A stretch of 37,317 nucleotides of DNA from an uncultured delta proteobacterium (lineage in GTDB: Bacteria; Desulfobacterota; Binatia; UBA9968): NCBI GenBank assembly GCA_963840855.1, contig CAWJBB010000057.1:1-37317 (forward strand). The letters run 5' to 3'. Shown one piece after another: positions 8,614-19,715 of the stretch (position 1 is its first letter; each line of letters opens with the position of its first letter). The notes under the pieces are model-generated. The model did not search any database. It was given only the letters and a program-made list of their open reading frames with translations, and was not told the DNA's origin. The translations under genes were made by a program, and so were the position numbers.

Positions 8614-9702
8614 ATGGCAACACCAAATCAAGCACGCTCCGGCAACGAACTGGGCGCAAAGACGACCTATCAACTGTTCTTAGAAAAGGAAAGCCTGCCG
8701 GTCGTCCGCGGCTTTCACATCGAAGACATCAATACCGTCGAGCTGCATCCTTGGGCGCGCATGGGCGGGCGCGGCGTGTATCTCAATTTGGAAGGTTCCG
8801 AGGGCGTCAACGACTGTTACATCTGCGAGATCGCGGCGGGAAAATCTCTCGAACCGCAAAAACACATGTTCGAGGAATTGATCTTCGTCATCAGCGGCCG
8901 CGGCGCCACCACGGTGTGGCAAGACGGCGGCAAGAGGCAAACTTTCGAGTGGGGCGACGGCGCGCTTTTTTCGCCTCCGCTCAACGCCTGGTACCAGCAC
9001 TTCAACGGCCAGGGTGACAGGCCCGTGCGTTTACTGGCGATGACCAACGCTCCGACGGTGTTGAACCTCTACCACAACATCGATTTTGTCTTTAACTGCG
9101 ATTATCGTTTTACCGACCGCTATGCCGGCGAAGAAGATTTTTTTAGCGGACAGGCCAAGATTCCCGGCGAAGGCTTCCACGACACCAATTTTATCCGCGA
9201 CGTGCGCAGCTACGAATTACCCGAGCGCAAAGAGCGCGGCGCCGGCGGCAAGATGTTGATGATCGAAATGTCGAACAACGTCATGTCCGCGCATATCTCG
9301 CAATTCCCCGTCGGCACCTACAAGAAAGCCCATCGCCACGGCGCGGGAGCGCATGTGATCATTCTCAAAGGAGAAGGCTTTTCGGTGGTGTGGCACGAAG
9401 GCGATGACATCAAGCGCTACAACTGGCGCGCCGGGAGCCTCATGGTGCCGCCGGAGCGCTGGTTTCACCAGCACTTCAACGTCGGCGGCGAACCGGCGCG
9501 CTACCTGGCGCTGAAGCCCTTTAGCAGCCGAAAGTTTCCGGGACTGCGGAAACAATGGGGCACTTCCGAGAGCGTGAAAATGGGCGGCGATCAAATTGAA
9601 TACGAAGATGAAGATCAGCGCATTCGCCGGATGTTCGAGGAAGAGCTGGCCAAACGCGGCGTGCAGAGCCGGATGGAACCCGTCTATAAAGCCGCCAGCT
9701 AG
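8614..9702 (+). CDS. Bicupin protein (gentisate-dioxygenase-like fold)
   Basis: Start moved to ATG 8614 after AAGGAG. Two cupin motif sets: QKHMFEE...WYQHFN and AHRHGAG...WFHQHFN. Confidence 0.85.
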   Translation: MATPNQARSGNELGAKTTYQLFLEKESLPVVRGFHIEDINTVELHPWARMGGRGVYLNLEGSEGVNDCYICEIAAGKSLEPQKHMFEELIFVISGRGATTVWQDGGKRQTFEWGDGALFSPPLNAWYQHFNGQGDRPVRLLAMTNAPTVLNLYHNIDFVFNCDYRFTDRYAGEEDFFSGQAKIPGEGFHDTNFIRDVRSYELPERKERGAGGKMLMIEMSNNVMSAHISQFPVGTYKKAHRHGAGAHVIILKGEGFSVVWHEGDDIKRYNWRAGSLMVPPERWFHQHFNVGGEPARYLALKPFSSRKFPGLRKQWGTSESVKMGGDQIEYEDEDQRIRRMFEEELAKRGVQSRMEPVYKAAS

Positions 9703-9711
9703 ACACAGGCG

Positions 9712-10785
9712 ATGGGAGTCACAATGTCGGAGGAGCAGACCTTGAAAGAACTGGACGCAAGGCTGTGCAAGCTGAGCGTCGATGGTCTCTGGTCACAACC
9801 GTCGGACGCCGATAAGGCGACTTACAGCAAGGATCCGCACACCACCGTTTTGCCCCATGTTTGGAAGTGGCCGGATCTCTATGACGCGATTCAAACCGTC
9901 GCCAACATGCACGGTCTTGACGGCAAGGCCGAGCGGCGCGTGCTGCGGCTGATCAATCCGGCGTACTTAAATCAACCGAATCGCCGGCAACGCACGACGA
10001 CGCACACGATGCTCATGACGTTGCAACTCTTAAAGCCGGGTGAAGTGGCGCAGGATCACCGGCACAACTTCGCCGCCTTCCGCTTCATTCTTAAAGGTAG
10101 CGGCGCCTACACGATCGTTGAAGGCGAGCAAATTCCGATGCAAGAAGGCGATTTGATCCTGACCCCCTCAATGACCTGGCATGGCCACCGCAATGGCGGC
10201 GAACCGGTGGTGTGGTTGGATGGCCTGGATAATCCGCTGCTATTTTTGCTGCAAACCATTACCTGGGAAGCGTATCCCGGCGGCATTCAGCCGATGAAGG
10301 GTGCCGCGGATCACGGTGCGCCGCGAGTCGGCATAACCAGACCGGTTTGGGAACAGGAGGCTGAGCGCCCGCGTTATAATCTGCACTACAAGTGGACAGA
10401 CACCTACGAAAAGCTCAAGCAGCTGAGCACTGGTCCTGGAAGTCCCTTCGACGGCGTGGCGCTGGAATACGTCAACCCGGAGGGCGGCCACACGATGCCG
10501 ACGATGTCCTGCAGTATCCAGCTGTTACGGCCAGGAGAATCAACCCAGACCCATCGGCATAATTACAGCGCGATCTACCACGCCTTTCGCGGCAATGGCG
10601 TTACCGTGATCAATGGCCAGAAATTCGAGTGGTACCAGGGCGATTGTTTCGTATTGCCGCTGTGGAGCTGGCACAGCCACCACAATCGTTCGGCGCAAGA
10701 CGAAGCGATTCTTTTCTCGGTGAGCGACATGCCGGTGATAAAGGCGCTGAAGCTCTATCGCGAAGAGCCGGGCGAGGGCCGTTGA
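9712..10785 (+). CDS. Gentisate 1,2-dioxygenase-family bicupin
   Basis: AERRVLRLINP, DHRHNFAAFRF..GDLILTPSMTWHGH, WLDGLDNP, LEYVNPEGG..MPT, THRH and SDMPV motifs. Confidence 0.88.
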   Translation: MGVTMSEEQTLKELDARLCKLSVDGLWSQPSDADKATYSKDPHTTVLPHVWKWPDLYDAIQTVANMHGLDGKAERRVLRLINPAYLNQPNRRQRTTTHTMLMTLQLLKPGEVAQDHRHNFAAFRFILKGSGAYTIVEGEQIPMQEGDLILTPSMTWHGHRNGGEPVVWLDGLDNPLLFLLQTITWEAYPGGIQPMKGAADHGAPRVGITRPVWEQEAERPRYNLHYKWTDTYEKLKQLSTGPGSPFDGVALEYVNPEGGHTMPTMSCSIQLLRPGESTQTHRHNYSAIYHAFRGNGVTVINGQKFEWYQGDCFVLPLWSWHSHHNRSAQDEAILFSVSDMPVIKALKLYREEPGEGR

Positions 10786-10889
10786 CAGACTGCCGAAAAC
10801 GCCGTGTGCAACGCCAATTTGTAATTGTCTGCTGGTATGACGATGCGGTACAATGACCCTTGTCGACATAAGATCCGGAGGTCTCGAGG

Positions 10890-12141
10890 GTGGCAACCGT
10901 CAGGCAGATCAACCTTCTCCCGTTTACTTCGTCTACCATGGAACAGCGTTTCGGGTTTCCCCTGAAATTGAGTGTCATACTCATACGATGGCCGGTCGTC
11001 ATCATTTGCACATACTTGCTTTTGTATCCATCGGTGGAACTCATACCGATCTGGTTTTCTTACGGCGCCATTCTTCTTTATATCGCATCGAACGTAGGTC
11101 TCTATTTTTTTCCCGAGGAACGATTTGCCTCGTGGTCGTTCTATTATCCGCTCGTTATCGCGGATACTATCGTTCTAACATTGTCCCTCGTTACCAATGG
11201 CTATTCGGAAAAGGAATTCTACCTGACGTTTTTCGTGGTCATTCTGGGAAGTTGTATTATCGAGGACGCCAAGATCCGAACCATCGTATCGATCGCAGCG
11301 CCGCTTTTTTACTCGGTAACGCTGTTTACAAATGCCGCTGATTTGCATCCGAGCGTATTTTTACGCCTGCCGTTTCTGTTTGTCGTATCCTTGTTTTACG
11401 GATACTTTACCCAATTTATCCGCGATGGAAAGAGCATTCGCGCAAGAGGAGGAGATCAGAAGTCGCGGCCGAAAAGAGATCTTAAACATCGTATCGCATG
11501 AGTTTCGAACGCCTTTGAACGTCATTGCCGGCTACGCGCAAGCCCTGAGGGAGAAAACTTGGGGAGATCTCACGGCTGAACAAGGGGAAGTGCTTGGAAA
11601 GATTCTACGGGAAGGGGACAATCTTACCGGCATCGTTAACGAGGTCTTGGATGTGACCAGGATCGAAGCCGGCGAACTGACGCTCCAGCGGGAACAGGTT
11701 CCTTTGTCGGATTACCTTAGGGAGATAGAGAGGAAATTTGCACCGTCGCAAGAGTCGGTATTGTTGCATTGGGTAATACCCGACGGGCTGCCGAAAATCA
11801 GCACGGATAGGGCAAAACTGACGATCATCCTTCAACACCTGATCAACAACGCAATAAAGTTTACCGTAAAAGGAGATGTCTGGGTTACAGCCCGGACGGT
11901 TAGCCCGCACCAAAGCGTCGAGATCGAAGTCAAAGACACCGGAATTGGAATTCCGCGGGAAGCTCATGGTCTGATTTTCGAGAAATTTCAGCAGGTGGAC
12001 CCATCTAGCACCCGGGCCTATGGAGGTATGGGCCTCGGTCTCTTTATCGTCAAAGTTTTCACCGATTTACTTAGAGGAACGTTGAAAGTCGAGAGTGAAC
12101 CAACCCGAGGCTCGACCTTCACGCTTTCCCTGCCTATCTAG
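10890..12141 (+). CDS. Membrane sensor histidine kinase, one +1 frameshift near 11424
   Basis: The N-part has multiple TM segments. The C-part has the H-box SHEFRTPL, N-box LINNAIKFT, and DTGIGI and GMGLGL G-boxes. Joined length is 416 aa. GGAGG precedes GTG 10890. Confidence 0.85.
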
Positions 12142-12218
12142 CCCGATTATTCATCCATCGACGCTATTGCATAACAGAGTCCAGGCGAATAACCCGAGAA
12201 GCGCGTAGCACGACGCGG

Positions 12219-12316
12219 GTTCAAAGTTCAACGTTCAAGGTTCAAAGTCGCGGACAAAAACCACGCCGCTAACAAAGGCTCCGATAAACGTTGAACATTT
12301 GAACCTTGAACCGAAC
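12219..12316. repeat. Inverted element of tandem 7-mers (GTTCAAN)x4 ... (NTTGAAC)x~4
   Basis: GTTCAAA GTTCAAC GTTCAAG GTTCAAA, a ~43-bp spacer, then GTTGAAC ATTTGAAC CTTGAAC CGAAC. Confidence 0.9.
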
Positions 12317-12335
12317 CTGTCCGGCGACTGGGCAT

Positions 12336-12878
12336 TTACTCCAACGGCTTTTTGCCTTCTGGAACCTGAATATCGAACGCGTTGAGCGTCATTGCGACCA
12401 TCGAATAGAAGCCGATCGCGCTGACGAGTTCAACCATGGCCTGTTCGCCGAACATCGCCATGCCCCGTTGGTAGTTCGCCTCGGAAAGCGACCGGGTGAC
12501 ATTGAGTTCCAGGGTGATGTCGTAGACGACACGTTCGTCCTCGCGGGTGAAATCCGGCGTGCGCCGCGCGCGGATGGCTTCGACGACGTCGGGCGCGATA
12601 CCGTGGTTGAGCGCGTGGGGCTCGTGTATAAACCAGGCGTATTGCGCCGTGGCCGATCGCGCCGCCACCAGGATCATCAACTGAACCAGGCGCCGTTCAA
12701 GCGTCACCCGCGAGGCAAACATGTCCTGCAACCTGAGCGTGCATTCGCCCAGCTCGGCATTGCGCAGCCAGACCGCGAACGGGCCGCGCACCCGGCCGCG
12801 CATCCTTTTTATTTCGTCGTAAATGCGTCGCTGATCGGCAGTGAGTTTAGCTTCGTCGAGGTCTGGCAAGCGTCCCAT
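12336..12878 (-). CDS. Carboxymuconolactone decarboxylase family protein
   Basis: RGRVRGPFAVWLRNAEL, YAWFIHEPHA and MVELVSAIGFYSMVAMTLNAF, typical of the CMD/AhpD-like family. Confidence 0.85.
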   Translation of the reverse strand: MGRLPDLDEAKLTADQRRIYDEIKRMRGRVRGPFAVWLRNAELGECTLRLQDMFASRVTLERRLVQLMILVAARSATAQYAWFIHEPHALNHGIAPDVVEAIRARRTPDFTREDERVVYDITLELNVTRSLSEANYQRGMAMFGEQAMVELVSAIGFYSMVAMTLNAFDIQVPEGKKPLE

Positions 12879-12968
12879 GAATTCGCCCTTTCTGCTCCAT
12901 GATGCTGGCTATCAGTTTGGGTTATACCTGTTCGTGGTTCGTGTTCGAAACCGAGCAGAACCCTGCCA

Positions 12969-16570
<3,602 letters not shown>

Positions 16571-16574
<4 letters not shown>

Positions 16575-16939
16575 GAAAAGAAACCAGATCGTTGCAGAGA
16601 AATTTTCGGAACCGAAGACGGCGGCGGCGCGCTCGCCGCCTGTTCCGCCTGTTTCGACCAAGTCTCCATTGCCGCAGTCGTCTCAGCAACACGCACCTGC
16701 AAAAAATCCGGCTGGTAGTTCTCGAAGCGAACCAGCGCCTGGTAAATCATCCGCACCGGTCCCTTGACCTCGCCGAATTCACAAAAGATGCGAAACGCCG
16801 CCGCCAATTGGATCAGGCCTTCAATAAACGGTTTATTGGCCGCGTCGGTTTCATGATAGAGCGCCTCCAAAACTTCATGGCACTCGAAAAACCGCCGTTC
16901 ATTAAACAGACCAATACCGTCTCGCAGCCGAGCATCCAT
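16571..16939 (-). CDS. DUF309 domain protein
   Basis: GIGLFNERRFFECHEVLEALY...FIEGLIQLAAA motif. Start moved to ATG 16939. Confidence 0.85.
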
Positions 16940-17001
16940 AATGTCGATCCGATGAATGAAATTAACAACTTCCAGCCAGCCGCTCAAGGTCGCGGCCGCT
17001 A

Positions 17002-17069
17002 GAGGTCGAGAATTGAGGATGGCATGAAGCCGGAAGCATGAAGGATGAGGATCGAGAATAGAGGATGGC
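17002..17069 (+). repeat. Degenerate GAGGATC-type 7-mer tandem array (two blocks)
   Basis: GAGGTC GAGAATT GAGGATG GC (17002-17023) and GAAGCAT GAAGGAT GAGGATC GAGAATA GAGGATG GC (17033-17069). Confidence 0.65.
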
Positions 17070-17100
17070 CATCGAGTCTTGAAATTCGGTCTACTTACGC

Positions 17101-17136
17101 GTTTTGAATGGCTGGAACGATTAGAACGACTGGAAC
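17101..17136 (-). repeat. Single arm of four 9-bp ...GAAC units
   Basis: GTTTTGAAT GGCTGGAAC GATTAGAAC GACTGGAAC on the plus strand. Confidence 0.8.
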
Positions 17137-17138
17137 TT

Positions 17139-17249
17139 TCATTTCCTTCGTTGCAGCCACAGCCGCTCGTCATACCGCACCACTCCGGGAATAGACGCGA
17201 CCCAGATACATATGTCGGAGATGGACAGTAACAGAGGTGAAAAACTCAT
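17139..17249 (-). CDS. Possible 36-aa small protein
   Basis: ATG 17249 to TGA 17139 reads MSFSPLLLSISDICIWVASIPGVVRYDERLWLQRRK: hydrophobic N-half, basic tail. No clear RBS. Confidence 0.3.
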   Translation of the reverse strand: MSFSPLLLSISDICIWVASIPGVVRYDERLWLQRRK

Positions 17250-17326
17250 GATCGTGAATCAACGATGTGTCTAACTAACAGAGCCATAGTATATCCACAA
17301 GCAAGCGATGGGACGCTACGCTTGGT

Positions 17327-17426
17327 GTTCAATGTTCAAGGTTCAAAGTTCAACGGGTGGCGGGGCCTTGTTTGAACGGCCAAACTGATATCCCTAACTT
17401 TGAACGTTGAACATTGAACTTTGAAC
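17327..17426. repeat. Inverted element of tandem 7-mers (GTTCAAN)x4 ... (NTTGAAC)x4
   Basis: GTTCAAT GTTCAAG GTTCAAA GTTCAAC, a 44-bp spacer, then TTTGAAC GTTGAAC ATTGAAC TTTGAAC. Confidence 0.92.
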
Positions 17427-17500
17427 GGACGCGTGCCTGTTGACAAAGAGCCACCGACAGTACTACTCGTGACCCCATCACATGCAGGAGGTTATTTTCC

Positions 17501-18625
17501 ATGCGCGTCATCGATGCCGACGGTCATGTCGAAGAGAATCTCGATACTTTCAGCGACAAATATCTCGATCCATCCTATCGCACGCTGCGCCCGCGGGTCA
17601 CCGGGATCGAGGGCCTCGCCTACTGGGTGATCGACGAACAGCTCTATCCGCGCCGCGTAGGTCCCGGCTGCCACAACCTTGGCACGCCTACCAATTATAA
17701 CGGCCAGCTTGCGCCCCACGCGCAAGGCAAGACGGATACCGTCGCCAGTATGGAACTGTCGGACGTCGACGCGCGCGTAAAAGCGATGGACGATGAGGAC
17801 ATCGCCGTTCAAGTCATCTACACGACCCTCTTCCTCGCTTACCCTCTAACCACCAACGTCGGCCTCGCCACCGCGCTCAGCTCTTCGTACAATCGCTGGA
17901 TGGGCGACCGTCTTGGGGGCCACCAACGGATCAAATGGGCGGCGGTGGTTAATCTGGACGACGTCGCCGCGGCCGTTCGCCAGGTGCGCGAAGCCAAAAA
18001 GCTCGGCGCTGTGTCCGTCATGGTGCTCGGCACCGCCGGCGACGACATGCTCGATCATCCGCGGCTCTTTCCTTTTTATGAAGCATTGGTCGAGGAAAAT
18101 CTCGCTCTCGGCGTCCATGTCGGTTGGTCGTGTCCCGCGGTCAATAATCTCTACTCGCATATCTATCCTTCCGGCGTGATCGCTTTTCACGTTCCTTTGT
18201 TAATGGCATTCACCGCGCTGGTGAGCGGCGGCGTATTCGATCGTTTTCCGCTGCTCAGAGTCGTGTTTCTCGAAGCCGGTTGCCAGTGGGTGCCGTTCAT
18301 CATCGAACGGATGCATCACCGCTACAAGAACCAAGGATCGACGTTGAGAAAATTCCTGCCGCAGACTGCGCCGATTCAGCAGCTGCCGGTGATGGAATAC
18401 ATCAAGCGCGGCAACATTTACTTCAGCACCGAAGTGGAAGACGAGATACTGCCGAACGTTTTGAATCTCGTAGGCGAAGGGCAGGTCATCTTCGGCAGCG
18501 ATATGCCCCACGGCGACCGCGAGCGCTGCGCCGCGCGCATGTTACAGGAGCGCACCGACATCGGCGAATCGGCCAAAGTGAGTATTCTCGATAAGAACCC
18601 GGCCAGACTTTACGACCTTTCATAA
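17501..18625 (+). CDS. Amidohydrolase family protein (Amidohydro_2)
   Basis: IDADGHV, GVHVG, GVFDRFPLLRVVFLEAGCQW, FGSDMPH and NPARLY motifs. RBS GGAGG; TTGACA at 17440-17445. Confidence 0.92.
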   Translation: MRVIDADGHVEENLDTFSDKYLDPSYRTLRPRVTGIEGLAYWVIDEQLYPRRVGPGCHNLGTPTNYNGQLAPHAQGKTDTVASMELSDVDARVKAMDDEDIAVQVIYTTLFLAYPLTTNVGLATALSSSYNRWMGDRLGGHQRIKWAAVVNLDDVAAAVRQVREAKKLGAVSVMVLGTAGDDMLDHPRLFPFYEALVEENLALGVHVGWSCPAVNNLYSHIYPSGVIAFHVPLLMAFTALVSGGVFDRFPLLRVVFLEAGCQWVPFIIERMHHRYKNQGSTLRKFLPQTAPIQQLPVMEYIKRGNIYFSTEVEDEILPNVLNLVGEGQVIFGSDMPHGDRERCAARMLQERTDIGESAKVSILDKNPARLYDLS

Positions 18626-18760
18626 AGCACGCCGCATATGCGCCTGGAGGTGTGCTGGTAATGCCGGCGCGTCCTCTCGTTTCCGAGCAATTTCTGCAGC
18701 GCCGTACAAATGATATCGGCTTGAGTTTTGCGTAGCTCGCGCTTATCTTAGCGGCACGTC

Positions 18761-19600
18761 ATGAAAACAATACGGTTGCTGATCGCGGTTGCGTTGTTAG
18801 CGCTCTCCGGATGCGCTGGATACGAATCGGCCGGCGAATTTACCCGGGGGCGGCTAGCGCTCGTGCGCGGCGATCCCAACGGTGCCCTGGGTAATTTCCA
18901 AAGCGTCGCCAACGCCGAGCCGCAATTCGTCGCGCGCAATGGACCGCTGTGGGAAAGCATTTGGACCTACATTGGGCGCGCGCACTACCAATCCGGAAAA
19001 TACCCCGAGGCGAAGGATGCCCTGGAAAAAGGGCTGGCTCAGCAAAAAGGCGACCACATGGGCCGGCTTTATCTCGGGTTGACTCTGGCGCGGCTGCCGG
19101 TTGCGCCGGCGAAAAGCACGGGGTTCTCGGTGCAGGACATCGTCTTCGCTTTGGGTGAAGGCATCGAATCCGAGCGGGTCGCGGCCTTGGCGCGCGAGCG
19201 CGGCGTCGCGTTCGATCTGTCTAGAGAAGCGGAGGGCCAGCTCAAAAAAGCCGGCGCCGACGCGCGGCTATTGGACGAAATCAAGAAGATCCGCGCTGAG
19301 ACCGCGGGCAAAAGCGAAACCCAAACCGCCCGCGCCGCAAAGGAGCTTGCCGTGGCCCTCGCCGGACTGCGCGACGATTTGGACACCTTCCTCGCCAACT
19401 CGCTACAAGGCAGATTCTGGGACCCTGGAGGAGAGTTGCGAAAAGAAATTCGCAACGGCATCGCGCTGCTTTCGGCGCGCGATCAGGACTGGAAGAAAAT
19501 TATTGCCAATGGCGAATGGCTCGGTGAAAATCTCGAAGAAGAAATCGATAAGGCGCGCGAAGATGAATCGAAGGATACCCGGCGCGATCGGTTCCGCTAG
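18761..19600 (+). CDS. TPR lipoprotein with an inserted small helical domain
   Basis: Lipobox LSG-C (Cys18); TPR WTYIGRAHYQSGKYPEAKDALEKGL; central SVQDIVFALGEGIESERV...GVAFDLS...LKKAGADARLLDEI segment. Confidence 0.82.
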   Translation: MKTIRLLIAVALLALSGCAGYESAGEFTRGRLALVRGDPNGALGNFQSVANAEPQFVARNGPLWESIWTYIGRAHYQSGKYPEAKDALEKGLAQQKGDHMGRLYLGLTLARLPVAPAKSTGFSVQDIVFALGEGIESERVAALARERGVAFDLSREAEGQLKKAGADARLLDEIKKIRAETAGKSETQTARAAKELAVALAGLRDDLDTFLANSLQGRFWDPGGELRKEIRNGIALLSARDQDWKKIIANGEWLGENLEEEIDKAREDESKDTRRDRFR

Positions 19601-19668
19601 CCGGGATTATTCACGCGTTAATGCAAACGGACGAGAGAGTGCAGATCGAGTAGCTCTCGGGTGAATTA

Positions 19669-19704
19669 GTTCAAAACGTTTGGAACTATTTGAACTGTCT
19701 GAAC
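19669..19704 (-). repeat. Single arm of four 9-bp ...AAC units
   Basis: GTTCAAAAC GTTTGGAAC TATTTGAAC TGTCTGAAC on the plus strand, 11 bp beyond the TIR gene stop. Confidence 0.75.
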
Positions 19705-19715
19705 CAAACAACTGA

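Noticed and set aside
12930-12962. GTTCGTG GTTCGT GTTCG near the mfd stop as another GTTC arm
   Set aside because: It has only three irregular units with a different consensus, too weak to include in the family.
16575-17173. N-terminal extensions of mfd (to 16661) and DUF309 (to 17173) in the ORF track
   Set aside because: The mfd extension overlaps the DUF309 coding region, and the DUF309 extension simply translates the intergenic repeats (SSRSNRSSHSKR, PSSILDPHPS).
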